Positions 46,329 through 59,672 of a stretch of DNA of 64,000 nucleotides are shown here, piece by piece; within the stretch, counting starts at the first letter, position 1, and each line of letters begins with the position of its first letter. Made by a program: the position numbers and the translations under genes. Under the pieces are notes generated by a model. That model did not search any database. It was not told where the DNA came from and worked only from the letters and a program-made list of their open reading frames with translations. Location: assembly GCA_010093705.1 (NCBI GenBank), contig MU006105.1:411960-475959 (forward strand), given 5' to 3'. Source of the DNA: Patellaria atrata CBS 101060 (Eukaryota).

Positions 46329-46951
46329 GAGGATGAAGAGAGGCTGTATATTGGATCGCATTATACCCGGTCGGGTGGCGTTTTGTTTTGGGAAAAAGGG
46401 ATAGGGTTTTGTGTAGAATGATGGCGTTTTATAGTATCAATCATCTTATATGTTTAACGGTCTTGTGAGAGAGGCTTACAACGAGATGACTGCTAGTCTG
46501 AAAAGTACTACAAAATATGTCACTGTGGAAGCTTAAGATGGAGAATAAAGACGTGATCTTAACAATCTTGGTGCTGGCACGTTGCGCAAAGACCTGGTAT
46601 AGAAGTAAATGATATAGTGTTGTTCCCGGGCTTCTTTTCTGTTTCGCCGGGCAGTCAAGCAAGGAGTAAACTGATATCCCTGCCAAGTCCACCACTGCGG
46701 AGGACCTCCGGTAAGGTAAGTAATTTGTGAGTAAACCGATGGAGTCCTGTCCCTGCTGTGGTGGTCGTCGCCGCGTCGGACATCGGCACCAAGGCCTTAC
46801 GTGAGCTCACCACTCGCCAAGAGATATGTTCCAGCTGTTTCCTCCGCTTTCATCGCCGCCGAAGTTCACGATACCTTTACGCGTAGGCCTAAAGTGCCTG
46901 AAGTATTACTAACCCGCTGCTGGCTATATCTTCCTCTCGCGGTTGCCCGTC

Positions 46952-48000
46952 ATGGCGCCCTTAAACATTCCTCCAGAAAGGTCTGAAGCGCAAAGTTATA
47001 CCAGCATGTCTGTCGGAGATGTTGAAGCTATCGGCGCACATTGTCAGATGGCTTTCTGCCATCAACTAGATTTCTTACCTTTTAGATGCGAGAGTTGTAA
47101 AGGGTATGTTGCTTTTCCTTGCCCCTGGTATTTCGAGATTTCCCACTTCACTCTTGCTTTCTCCGTTGAATTCCTGCACAAACGACTTAGACTAACTCTC
47201 ATACCACCAGCAAGTTCTGTCTAGACCATCGCACTGAATCTGCCCACAATTGCTCGAATGCGGGCGCTTGGGCCCGCGCCCGAAGACAAGATTCCATAGG
47301 AACATATAGACCAACCCAGAAGCCCTCTCTTCTTAACCACGAACAACAATGCTCCTCTCCCGTCTGCAAAACCCTCGTCAATACAGCCCTGACGCCTGGC
47401 GTCCACTGTTCGAATTGCAACCGGCAGTACTGCCTCAAACACCGCATGCAAGAAGACCACGACTGCTCAAACCTAAAACCACTTGGCGCACGTCCATCAC
47501 AGGGTTCCACGCAGAAAGAGAAGGGCCTTGCAGCATTGGGGAAGTTGAAGGCGTGGAGTTTGGCGAAAAAGAACAATTTCCCGAAAGCGCCGGTGCTGAA
47601 GAAGCCTTCGGCAGCAGCAACGAGTAGAGCGACCCAGCTCGCGGAACTAAACAAGTTGAAGAGCACGGCGCGGGGAGATGATAAGGTGCCCGTAGAGAAA
47701 CGAGTGTACCTTTACGTGGAAGCATCGGCAGATACGACAACTGCGAAGTTTCCGACGGGGAAGTTCTTCTATAGTAGAGATTGGAGTATCGGGAGAGTGT
47801 TAGATGCGGCAGCGAAAGCGTTGCAGGTGGAGAATGTGAATAATAGGGGGGACGACGAGGCTGTGAGACTAAGAGTCTTTCATGTGGAACAAGGACGGCT
47901 GTTGGACTTTGGGGAGAAGGTTGGGGAGGTGTTACAAAGTGGGAATACTATTGTGTTGTTAAGGGGGGTTGGACCCCCTATACCGGATCTGATTGGATAG
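46952..48000 (+). CDS. AN1-type zinc finger protein (Cuz1/ZFAND1-like) with C-terminal ubiquitin-like domain
   Basis: Exons 46952-47103 and 47211-48000. IGAHCQMAFCHQLDFLPFRCESCKGKFCLDHR, second finger YCLKHRMQEDHDC, and WSIGRVLD. Confidence 0.9.
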
Positions 48001-48515
48001 AGGTATGAGGAATAAGAGACGAGGCTATTTTAGGCATAAAAGGAATGAGTCTATACGCGGCGGATATAGCATGGAAAGGTCTCTGGATGTTGGGTGAAAT
48101 GATTGGAGAGTTATGCATGCGTTGGCTGGCGTTGGATACCATCATATGAGCATTTGAGCGTTCAGGAGTCATCTATATATGTGAAAGAAAACTAAATCTT
48201 AAATATATTATTAAATGTATTAGATATGATTAATCTTACAAAATTACACATATAATAAGACATTTGAACTGCACCATCATTTCCATTTGACTGAGTTACG
48301 TCAAGTAGTCCTATACTGGGGCACTACTCAATTCGGACAAAGTCTTGGCGCGACGCGCTTTGTTTACTTCCCGCTCCTCCTCATCCCACGCCAACTTTTT
48401 TCCAGCGCAACTTCCCGCACCATCTCAATTGCGCACATCTAACGCGCAATAGTTATCCTAAATTCCGGCGCACGAATTTACTATAAGGCAGAAATAATAA
48501 AAATATAATAAAAAC

Positions 48516-50212
48516 ATGCCGGCACGCAATACCAAACTCTCGCATATGCTCGACGACCCCGAGTCCGCCGAGGACGAAATCCTCGCCTCGCAAATCTTAA
48601 CACCAGACTCCGGGATCGAAAACGCACAGCAGCGCAAAGCTACTGCGGGAAGACGTAAGGGTAGCGCGGTCAAGAAGCTAACAGCAGCAATGCCGCGAAC
48701 ACGCCGAGTAAGCGCTGGCACGGGTGCTATTACGAAAACTACTGCGGCAAAGAGTAGGAAGACCGCGGCGAAGACGACCAAAGCGAGACAGGCGCTGAAG
48801 GAGAGAGCGATTAATGTGGAGGCGGAAGAGACGGAGGAGGTGGATGAGTCTGGGGAAGAGGTGGAGGAGGATCCACCTACGGCGGCGAAGAAGAGGGGAC
48901 GACCGAAACAGGCGCAACAGGATGAAAGTGTTGTTGTGGAGGTTCCGGCTAAGGGGAAGAGAGCGAGAGGATCTGCGAAAGAGAAGCCCGTCAAGGTTAA
49001 AGCTGAAAAGATCGAGGCCCCGTCTGTGGTTAAGAAGTCGAGGACTAAGAAAGAGCCAGTCGTTGAGGAGTCGATAGTAGATGACCCAGATCTAATGGAC
49101 TTAAATGATGGAGACGAAGAGGATAATTTAACTATCCGGCCCGTTGTAAGACGTGCCCCGAATGCGAGACCCGCGGCTCCAGCATCTGTTCAGCGCCCAG
49201 GTTCCGCGTCTGTTCAGAGGCCTAGCTCAGCAACTGGCTACCATCAGAGATCTGCTTCGGTCCAGAGACAGACGGGTCCATCATATAGACGTACTGGAAG
49301 TGTCTCAGACGCAGAATCCCGCGATCCCGTACTGAGACGGAAACTAGGCGACATGACCAAAAAATTCGAAGCGCTCGAAGTTAAGTACCTCAACCTAAAA
49401 GAAGTCGCAATGGGCGATACCGAGTCAAATTTCGAAAGACTCAAGAATTCTACAGACGAGCGAGAAAAAGACCAAGCCACCATAATTGCCTCCCTCAGAA
49501 AAGAACTCTTGGCTCAAAAATCACTCTCTGCCGACTCTAATACTATGCGCTCTCGCTTGCAAGCCCTAGAGTCAGAAAATGCGCGCCTCACATCCGAAAC
49601 CAAGACCCTCAACTCATCTCTCGCAGCCGCCCAGAATGAGATCAAAACCCTAACCACCAAGCTCGCCGCTACACGCTCTGCTTCAGCGGCTGTCCAAAGC
49701 GCTGACACGGTGAGCGGGCAGAAAGCGCCAGGTAGTGCGTTGAAGGGGCAACGTACGATTATGGTCGGGAGCGCGGAAGCAGCAAAGGAAGCGCAAATAA
49801 AGCAGCTGAAAGAAGATTTGTATTCCGATTTGACCGGGTTGATTGTTAGGGGGGTTAAGAGGGGAGAGGAAGAAGATGTATACGACTGCATCCAAACCGG
49901 CCGTAACGGCAGTATGTTTCCTTTTCCTTCTCATTTTACTGTCCCATTTTTTTTTGTTAAGGTCGGATTGGCTAACTAGATGAAATAGCGCTCCATTTCC
50001 ACCTGGCCGTCGCCGATTCAGAAGGCGCGAGTAGCTACGATGAGGTCGAGTTCACCTACATCCCACTCCTTGACGAAAATCGAGATAGGGATTTACTGGA
50101 TCTTCTGCCTGATTATTTGACCGAGGAAATTTTCTTCCCGAGGTCCAGTGCTGCGAGGTTCTATGCGAAGATTCAGGATTGCATGACCAAGAAGATTGAG
50201 TTGGAGGATTAG
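48516..50212 (+). CDS. CSM1: Monopolin complex subunit Csm1/Pcs1-like
   Basis: Exons 48516-49911 and 49989-50212. Coiled coil followed by KEDLYSDLTGL, YDCIQTGRNGTLHFHL and LPDYLTEEIFFP...FY. Confidence 0.85.
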
Positions 50213-50702
50213 AAGGTTCTACCGAAGGGTCTTGGTTAGGAGTTCTTGAGGGAGGAGTATAGGTTGGGAATGGGTTAGCGAGAAGCTAGAATCAAATGGG
50301 ATGCAACGGTATGGGCGGATGGCGTGTCCGGTTTGTCATGATCTCTATGTGCTTTTTCCACTTTCTTCATCTTGAGTTGTATCTCCAGGGTGCTGTCTGA
50401 TCTGAGTACGAGGGCTTGATATGGAGGTGGGCTTTCGGGAGTTTTGGGACCTTTCTAGTGATATATCCCTTGTCTTTGTAGAGATACGATTCGTAATTGA
50501 GAGATATCAATTCAGCTTGACGACTTATCTATTCTAGAAACTGACATCGATAGGGTCGATGGACACGATAATGTAGTGGATGCTGCCGGAATGCCTGTCT
50601 GCTTTGTACTGTACAAATACACCTCTCCCCGTTGATTCATCAACTCGTCATCCTAACCGCGCTTCGCTGAACGTCGATGATATGTTTAAATGGGGTGGAT
50701 CA

Positions 50703-51332
50703 TCAGTGTTTGAGCTTCTTCTCCTCCGCTTCGGCTTGTTTCAAGAAGTCCCTATAAGTGAGTGATGTTAACCATTTGCAAACCCTTTCCATGCACTGAA
50801 AACAGCTTTGAGATGGATGAAAGCTCGTTAAACCCTCTTGACCTGCGTAGATGCAAGGAGAAATGAGTTTCAACGGCTGAAATTTCGATTTTCGTATGGT
50901 CCGCCGTCCGAGCCCGTGTTGCGTAGCGCATCAACGGTTCCTAACTCGCTACTTGCATTCTTTTCCAGGAAGAGAGGGGAATGGCGGGGGTGAATTCATG
51001 AGGGGAAAGCGGAAATCTCTTACTGGATGAAGTTCTCCTCGTCTTTGCTCGATGCGTTGATCGGGGGAGTCTGCTGTGCGGTTTTCTTGCCGTCGCCGCG
51101 GAGAGCGAGCCAGGAGCCAGCGAAGGTTGTGCCGAGGGTGGCCATTGAGAGCTATGGAATGGTTAGCCTATTGTTAAAAGAACTCTGTTGCCAGGTATAG
51201 TTCGAGTAGGGGACAGGGTGTTTTGATGATGCACATATCGGGCCATTGGTAGTTGGAGGTGTTGGGAGGTTTTGGGAAACATACGACGTGAGAGCCGACC
51301 TTGCGGCCGAAGATCTCGTAGTAGACGACCAT
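50703..51332 (-). CDS. ATP19: Mitochondrial ATP synthase subunit k
   Basis: Exons 51332-51285, 51151-51024 and 50751-50703 give MVVYYEIFGRKVGSHVLSMATLG...PPINASSKDEENFIQDFLKQAE. Absent from the ORF track. Confidence 0.9.
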
Positions 51333-51766
51333 CTTAACGCTGCGGAGCTCGAGGTAGTTTAGCTGTCCGAGAAAAGGTGAGGGAGTTGGCCGGAGACGTG
51401 TGGTAGAAGCAATTGATGGTATTGATGTGCTTGGAGCTGGTGGTGAGGTCGGAAAACAGCTTCGGATGTAGGTGGTTTGTTATTTACGGTGACAACTGGG
51501 CGTCGAGGGGGTGAGATACCCGTATTGAATTACAGTAGGGGTAAAAATTAGCTGTGGCGGTATGGGCGGATTCAAAATAAGCCAATCAACAATCACTGAC
51601 GATGTCCGCTCGTCCATCGTCACTCGATAGAAGCGAGACGAGTAATGATACCTTCTACCTATCCCATTTCCCCTCTTGCAAGCTTTTCTTCATTTGTCTG
51701 CGGCTCATCGTGCACACTCTCGTGTATTAACACTGCCTTGAAAATCAAGAGTGTTAAGGGTGTATC
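51333..51766. promoter_or_regulatory. Divergent promoter between ATP19 and the MTP18-like gene, with a CCAAT box
   Basis: 434 bp between head-to-head ATGs; AGCCAATCA at ~51580-51588. Confidence 0.5.
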
Positions 51767-52995
51767 ATGGTGAAGAAAGATGAAAAGCCAGACCCGTTGG
51801 CTGACATGTGAGTTACATCATCCCTCTGCGTGCCTCGAGTATTTCTAGAAATATTTGAACCACTTATCACAACTAACACAAATCGCATAGACCTCACGAG
51901 CGAAAAGAACCTAGACCAGACTTTTCCACTCCACCGCCACGCAAAGCGCTCCCTAAAACTCTCCAAGAAACCCTCGATAGCGACGAAAAGCTCTGGGAAC
52001 TGATCACAGATGGACAGTATGTCTTCCTCGTAGCCCCCCCTTCATCCTGTTATCACTTTCCCCCTTTATTGTGGAATCCTCTTCATTCCCTCCCTGAACT
52101 CCTTAATACTCTCCTTATACTTACTCACCTCTCCCGCAGCGCCCCCGAAACAACAGACACATCAATCCGCTACGCCGCCTATGCCTCCCGCATTCGTACA
52201 ATTCTACTCTCTGCACACCGCTATGTCGCATACACCTCTGACATAGGGGAATCATTTCGCCCTATAGCGCACCCTTGGCTTGTTCGTGGCGCGTATGGAA
52301 TCAGTTGGCTCTACCTTGCTGGTGACGTCGGACACGAAGGCTACAAAGCATGGTTGCAAAATCAACAAGTGCTCAACCCCCAACCTCTAGCAGCTGCGAA
52401 AGAAGGAGATGCGACAAGCGCGACGACAGGGCTGCTGGATGGGCTAAAGAAAAAGGCGTCTCAGGCTATAGGATCAGGGGCGAAGGAGGAGAGTCAGGGG
52501 CATCTGACACTACCCGGCAAAGTGCCCGCAATTGATGATTATAGGGCCGTCATGGTTCAACGGGCTGTATTTCAGAGTATCGCCTCCATGGGCCTCCCCG
52601 CCTTCACGATCCATAGCATAGTACGGTACTCGGGACGTGCGCTGAAAGACGCAAAAAACAAAAACATTCGCACATGGGGCCCTATAGGAGTAAGTTCCCC
52701 GTCGCCCCGATTTGCCTTGCCTTCATCATACTTCTATCACTTCCCTATTCCACTATTGCTATGGATTGCTGGGAGTATAGATTGCTAACCAATATGATAG
52801 CTGGGGCTCGCCGCAATCCCCTTCCTCCCATACGCCTTCGACGAGCCAGTCGAGCGCGCCGTAGAATGGACCTTTCACAAAGCTTTCGAGACGTTCGGTG
52901 GACCGGAGGCTGTGGGTCATTCGCCGACTACAGGACGGGAGAGGCAGTTGCAGAAGGATTTGAAAGCGTTCACTAAAGGGGAGAAGGAACTATAA
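51767..52995 (+). CDS. Mitochondrial fission process protein 1 (MTP18/MTFP1 family)
   Basis: Exons 51767-51807, 51891-52016, 52140-52689, 52801-52995. RYVAYTSDIGESFRP, AYGISWLY, FQSIASMGLPAFTIH and LGLAAIPFLPYAFDEPVE. Confidence 0.88.
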
Positions 52996-53746
52996 CGGCG
53001 ATGAATGATAATAAATGATAGTAGAACGGCCGCAATAGCGACATCATTTGATCGTACTTGTACATATTAAATCCGCATATGGGAGGACATGGAAGAGGTG
53101 TTTAGCTCCACTTTACATTTGTATATAGTAACTCACAGCTCGGAGAAATTCAACCTTTGATCGACGTTATTATAACCATACTTTCCCCCCAACCCTGAAC
53201 GTCCGTTACCCCTTATTCCCCAAGTAGATTCCCAATGATACATCTATTCAACTCCTGCAAAATCATTCCATCATATGAACCAACTGGATCATTGGTCTTC
53301 CGCATTTTCAACTATATCATTTTAAGACTTCCTCGTCCACGAAAAGCTCCACAGCTCTCACATTCTTCATTTTCACTGCGATCAACCTAGTCAAAAATAA
53401 AAAGTCTAAGCATTCAGTTTCAAAAAGGATTTAATACTTGTATCTATCTATACATCTATTTTAATGACTAACTGTGGAATGGTAGAACATAGTCGAACCA
53501 GACAAAGATGATATTCAGAAAGTTGAGCTAAAACCACCTCCTGAAACATCACTCAGTACAACAAGAAGAACTCTTCCACCGCACAATGGCCACAGAGTTT
53601 GAAATACAAAGCTAAACCGCATCCTAATGCTATCACGACCAGAAGAAGAGGGTGAAATCCTCATTTCCGCACATTCCTATGTCACAACGTGTGGTGGAGA
53701 ACAATTACAAGAAAAATACAAAGTTTGATGCGACGTTACACAACAT

Positions 53747-54000
53747 ATCCAATATGAAATGATCCAATTTCGTGATCTTTGCTCAAACGAGTACCTTCAA
53801 CGGCCGAGTGTGTTGCTGCGGCTGAAGTTTTCATGCTCTTTCTTTGGCGCGAACGAACTGTTCCTTGGATTCCACAACACATCTAATATGAAACGAACCA
53901 ATTTCGTGATCAAATCTCATTCGAATACCTTCAACGGTCGAGTGTGTTGCTGCGGCTGAAATTTCCATGCTCTTTTGGCGCAAACGAACTGTCCCTTGGC
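53747..54000. repeat. Tandem duplication, two diverged copies with ~134-bp period
   Basis: ATCCAATATGAAA at 53747 versus ATCTAATATGAAA at 53881. Shared core TACCTTCAACGGyCGAGTGTGTTGCTGCGGCTGAA. Confidence 0.85.
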
Positions 54001-57000
54001 CTCTTGCCCAGAATAACATGACCCTTCTTTTTGATCTTTAAAAAAAGACTGGAATACATGTTCGTATACGAGACTCGATATTTCGAGAGGGCAGTATAGA
54101 GGAAGGCAATGGTAACCTTCTCTAACGCTGCTCAATTTCGCCGTGTATATCGTCAAGGGTACACTCTTATCCTCGAGATGAGGAAGACGATTTTTTTCTG
54201 AAGTTGTATAGGGAAACCCAAAGGAATAACACGACTGCGCTAAAATATGTTCGGTGTATATTACCAGAAGTGTGGCACGGCGGAGAGTGATAACGATTCT
54301 CTCGCAACTGCTACATTTGCAAGAGTAAGAGTGTGCTAAACTATGTCTGGTGTACTATATCCTGGATTTCTTGAAATCGGAAAATGAACACGTCTATGTA
54401 TGCTCTTGATTCTCCAAGCACTTTATTAAACTTGCTCGGTTTTACCCTCCTGGTTTTCGGTGGGTTTAGATAGTCGCTGTCTTCGGCAGAGCTAACAGGG
54501 CCGCCGACAGAACTGGCGGCACACATTTGATTTGAATCTATTAGCACAGTCCAGGATGCATTCACTCAGAAGAGTGCCTAGTCGTCGTTGTTGTGCAGAA
54601 AGTCTTGCGAGTTTCTCCTAACTATCTCCCTTCTAGTGGACGATGTCCGGGCAAGTCATTCCTAGAATTGGACTCCATGATCTCCGCGATAATGAAATCG
54701 CATCTGCGGCACTTATTGATATTTGAATGTCGACACCAGTTTGCGTCGTTCGATACATGTTAGTTTTTGACTACGAGTGAACGATTTTGGGTGGTCAAAC
54801 CGTCCTTCTCAGTCAAGTCTAGGTCAACGTGCGGAGGCCATAGACAGAGTATGGTTGACGTGACGACAAATCTGGGCCTTCTACTGCTGTCTGTAGAGAC
54901 GGTTGAGACATACTTCTACTTGCCGTATGTGAATGGAAGTGCTTTGAATGTATTCCGTGGGGATATTGATCCCAGGGAAGGTTTCTTCTTGAAAGAGGTC
55001 TTGACTTCATTTTCGATGCTATGATTCTTTTACTTTCTTCGCCATCTTTTGTCAACACTCGGGTTCCGATCAAACAGTTATTTTCTGTAGTGCAGGAGTT
55101 CGAATGTTGCTTCTTCTTTTTTCTTTCTCTAATCTCTCCAGCGAGTTGCTTGTGGTGCTCAACATTTCGAAGAATCGGGTGGGTGAGAAGACGCGTGGAA
55201 GACGAGAGGAATGAAAGAAGCTGAAGCAATTGGCTTGCTGTAGACTCGAAGAAGGACTTGAAAGGGTTTCGGTACGGAGAGCTTATTGTCGCATGCTGTT
55301 CATTGTAGCGTAGGAAGAGAATTGCGTTGAATTGCCCGGGATCGTATGAGACACATCGATCCACGTTATATTGTGAAACGAAATTGACAGAGAAAGCCAG
55401 TAGGGGATAGTAGCAGCATCGGAAAACATTAGCCAATCAAATTCTGGAGCCATTGGTGAAATACGCTCGTGGATGGAAGTTTGTATAGAACATCAGGTTC
55501 GCCGGTCTGTGGAAACAAGACGACATTCCTCAGATGATTGAGTTCGGGTTTATTGGTTAGCCGAACAAAGGGATCTTATGTTAGCTTCACATCGACCAAA
55601 ATTGACCTTGGGATTAAGTTTCTTCCGGTTCTGGGACCGCTGGATGATTGGGAGACTCCACAGCAATGAGAGGCCTTAAAGGATCAAGAAAATTAGGCAT
55701 AATGAACATGTCCTGGAAGAATCTGAGCGTCATTCTCGACGGATATGTCGCCGACTTCTTTAGTGACTTGGCCCTGAATATGGAAGGCCTCCCTTCGGAT
55801 TGGTTGAGCACTGAGCTCAAGTAAAAGGAGTTAGTCGAGAAAGATTTAGAAAGACTGAAGGCTGTCGTTAATCCCCAACTTGAGAAAAAAGAATGAGAGT
55901 CAAGAATATGCTCCAAGTTGGAAATGACGATGAGGTTACATCGAAGATAATCTCGCAAGAAAGAGGCCCTGAGACTCCATATGTTTGTATGGTCCATTTG
56001 TTAAATAAATAGTTCGATAAATCGGTTCGGTGCATGCTTCCTTAATTTTCTAGGTGACTGGCTTGACAAAAAGCCAGTTGACGCCGGAATCTCAAACAAG
56101 GTCGCGGCTGTAGCCTAGACGCAATGTAAGGATATGTCTGAAGTTTGAAGATGATCACATGCAGAGCGATGGAGTGGAGCTTCGTAAGTTTTAAAGCCTT
56201 TGTGTGGTCTGATGCAACGTCTTGACTGGCTCTTCTTCGATTCTTACTGCCTAATTTGAGTTAACTACCATGAGAAGTGATAGGTTAGTGGGACGTCTTA
56301 AATGTGTACCACTCTGGAGATGCCTGGCTAATATTGTCCTGATTTGATGAAGTACAGGAGTGAGGATGACTCCTGGCTTTTGGGATTCTGCTAGTTATGA
56401 GAGGCCTTTAAGTGGAAGAGTACCATCTGTAGACTCGACGTCGAGAATCCGCTTCTCGGTGGAAAAGGGGAAACAAATGAATCATATATTAGACACAACG
56501 AGGCGGATTGATGAATGACCTAAGGTGACCATCGTCCAAAGGAAGTGCGGAGTGAGCTGAAGGGATCTATTTGTGTCTGAGCATCATATTTGCTGTTTCT
56601 GCAATAGCTAAAGGACGTCTGTATTGTATGACGTGGTGAACAACCGGTCGACAGCGAAGTCGCCTTCCAGGAGCGTTTTTGAGCCACTTGATCATCCTCA
56701 GTGTCTCGCAAGTTTGAGTAACAATGGTCTTTTTGTTCGTGGCAGAAGCTGCATGATTGAATGAATGTCTGATGGAAATATGAATGATAACTCAATAGCC
56801 CCTGATGAAGTAATTTTAGTAAATAAAAGCATAAAAAATAGAAAATACTTACAGTTTGTTCTTATTGGAAGAAAGAAGAAGTGTTGAGGTGAAAAATATT
56901 GTTTTTGGAGAAGACACGGTCATGACGGGTGCCTAATAATTGTACCAATGCGTCCAGTGGATTCCCTGTTTGAGTGTTTATTTGGGTCACTTCAGGCGGA

Positions 57001-57865
57001 AGGAGGCGTATTACGCGTCCAGAATCGTCAGTTGCAGTAGATGTCCCCTCGAAAGTAGAAAGGAGAGGTTGGGTGCTGCAACAGGAGAGGCTATCAAGGA
57101 GGCAGTGCCAGCTCTGTGAAGTATTGCTTTTGCCTTGGAGAAGGCATACAAGGTCGAAAACACTAGTCTAAAGGTGACATCAACGTGTTTGTGTGGAAAT
57201 AGGCTGTGGAAAACCTAGATGAGCGCGAAACGATCTGGTGAAAGGAGGTCAACCCCTGAGAGAGAGAGAACGAGACACGCTGCTAGAATGGGTAAGGTAG
57301 CAGAGATGATGTTCTTTTCCGAAAAGAATAACAGAGAAGCTGAAGATGTTGCGACGCCAGTGTTTAGATGAATCTTGGAGAGAAAATGGAAGAGCGGTCT
57401 GTTGTGCGAAAGGTTTCTTGGCAATAACGGGGTGACGGATACGGTAATCAGCTAAGTGAAGGGCTACAAACAGGAAGGAGTAAGAAAATACAGACAAGGA
57501 TCGCCCCGTAAGTGGGCAGTATACTTGAAAGTGTGAATACAGCTTAGTGATTCAATGACCTTCATATGATATCTCCTTGATGGCCATCGCGGCGGTCCTT
57601 GCTCTTGCTATACACCTACCAGCTCACCGTTCAGCTTAGAGAATAGATAGTTCCCTTGGATTAATACAGTTTGTACATCTTGATAGCTTTGTAGGCCAGT
57701 AGTCCAGTCCTTACGTATAACGGAGGCGGAGGCCGTTTCTTTGGCCACGGGCACAGGACGCCGTAAACCAACAGTGCTATCGACAACACGCAGGATAATC
57801 TACTACGGCGGTGAGGTATAGAAGAACAGTACGCTCAGTACCTCGATATTGCTACTCAAACCCCT

Positions 57866-59338
57866 CTAAACCCTCAACACCACCCTAAACGCCTTCCACA
57901 CCCACCGGAACGGCCACACCGCCTTCAATACCGCACCTACGACAGCATCGATTATATGCCACACGAAAATGATCACATACAGCGCCACACCGAGTTTCAG
58001 AACCAACAACACCACCTCCCACAAATCCTCTGTACCCGTGCCTAGCTCTACAGCTGTAGACGTACATACCGGTCTCGGGCCCGCCAACGTTGTCTGAGGA
58101 TGGATTACCACGTTAGCAGCATCTTTCCTCGACTTCCTAGACCCTCTAAGCCTCAATCGCCGCGAGCTAAGGGACCGTGGCAATATCGGAGAAGAAGGCG
58201 GTGTATTATTACAAGGAGAAGTGGTCCGATCATAATTTGACGAAGAGCTGGCGACCACAACTGGTGCACCAGTCGTAGGAGCTTGCGTGTAAAAGAGTCT
58301 CTTGGCTGAAAAACTGGATGGTGTTACCTTCTGCCAAGTAGTAATTCTTTCGCTGTTTAGTTGAGACCTGTGATTCAGCTGACTTGAACCGTGTGCAAAT
58401 ATAGGTGACAATTCATCTCCCTTCCTCCCATCCTTAGCGGTCTTGATTGGCGCAGGCGAACTCACAATTCTTCGAGGACTCGGCGGTGAACCAACAGGCT
58501 TACGAGAGATTTCTTTTATAGAAGTTGAAGTAGAAGAGGGTAAAGGGAAAACGGGCCTCAGACACATTGGGGGTGCCTGAGATGTCGCGTCTAGCTCTAT
58601 ACACTCGAAGGTATCGGTCAAAAGATCAGGACTGAAGGCTCCTGGGGTTGGGCGGTGAGGAGAAGAATTGCGAATGACAGGCCTTGGGTTTTCTTTGTGA
58701 CGGATACATCGAGTTTCGCCCTTATATTGGTCGTGGGCTCTGGTCCTAGTGCTTTCGTGTCGCTCAGGATCCAAACAAGGGGTTTCAATAGCAAAACGGT
58801 CTGAAACAAAATTATTATGCTCCCCGTCTGAGGCGGAACTGTTTGAATGAGAAGATGTTGTAGATATACTAGTCGGTGGAGTAGAGTCCACTTTCCACCA
58901 ACCTCTCTTATCACAACGCCAGCGTGTATGAGGTGCCTTCCTAGAATCGTGGCCGCGCCGCCGGGAAGCCGGGATATTGACGTTTAGTGATCCTGAATAC
59001 CAAGGCGAATAGAGCTCCAGGGCCTCTCCAGGGGAGACGGGAGTACGTCCAGACATCAGGGAAGTTGTGCTAGGGGTGACCAGGCCAGTCCGGGGATTTG
59101 CAGCGCGCACTGTAAGATAGTCCCCGGTCTGTCGCATTCGCAAACTCGACTGTTCGTGCAATGGGTGAACGTAAGGCTCCAATTTGATGGGGGATAAAGA
59201 GCGATTCGACGACGGGGATTGTATGCTACTGTAACGATGTATCCTCTTTCGAACCCATCCACGAAGCGAGTTGTTTCTTACAATATTACGAGGTCGACGA
59301 CCCAGGGAATGAGAGGGAGAATTAGAGCCAGTGGCCAT
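57866..59338 (-). CDS. Hypothetical S/P/R-rich protein (490 aa) with a C-terminal transmembrane segment
   Basis: Long ORF with a short motif DYLTVRAANPRTGLVTPS and a hydrophobic C-terminus. Confidence 0.7.
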   Translation of the reverse strand: MATGSNSPSHSLGRRPRNIVRNNSLRGWVRKRIHRYSSIQSPSSNRSLSPIKLEPYVHPLHEQSSLRMRQTGDYLTVRAANPRTGLVTPSTTSLMSGRTPVSPGEALELYSPWYSGSLNVNIPASRRRGHDSRKAPHTRWRCDKRGWWKVDSTPPTSISTTSSHSNSSASDGEHNNFVSDRFAIETPCLDPERHESTRTRAHDQYKGETRCIRHKENPRPVIRNSSPHRPTPGAFSPDLLTDTFECIELDATSQAPPMCLRPVFPLPSSTSTSIKEISRKPVGSPPSPRRIVSSPAPIKTAKDGRKGDELSPIFAHGSSQLNHRSQLNSERITTWQKVTPSSFSAKRLFYTQAPTTGAPVVVASSSSNYDRTTSPCNNTPPSSPILPRSLSSRRLRLRGSRKSRKDAANVVIHPQTTLAGPRPVCTSTAVELGTGTEDLWEVVLLVLKLGVALYVIIFVWHIIDAVVGAVLKAVWPFRWVWKAFRVVLRV

Positions 59339-59672
59339 TCTTACAAAAAGAATGTATGGAAGAAATTTACGATGAGACTAATATTGATAACTTGGGTATC
59401 AAATAAACAAATACCTCTTCCTGGAGAAGTTCGTTGCTGGTTCACGCCTGGAATGCTCCTGTTCCCACTCGCGCCTCCCTTGCTTTAATGCCCAATAAAA
59501 ATACTAAAACTCTTGAATACCCAGAAACTTTATGTCCTTAATGATTAGGTTCATCCACATTGTTAGCCTCGTCATGAAATTGAGCAAATCCGTTGTGCAA
59601 CCATATATCCGTTTTCGGAAGCAGAATGATCAAAATCCAGAACCGTTTTCAAACACCACCTGTATTGAACTT

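Noticed and set aside
50752..51023. Unusually long (272 nt) ATP19 intron as a snoRNA host
   Set aside because: I could not find convincing C/D (RUGAUGA/CUGA) or H/ACA box pairs by eye.
53747..54000. CRISPR-like array
   Set aside because: Only two long diverged units with no repeat-spacer structure, in a eukaryotic context with no cas genes.
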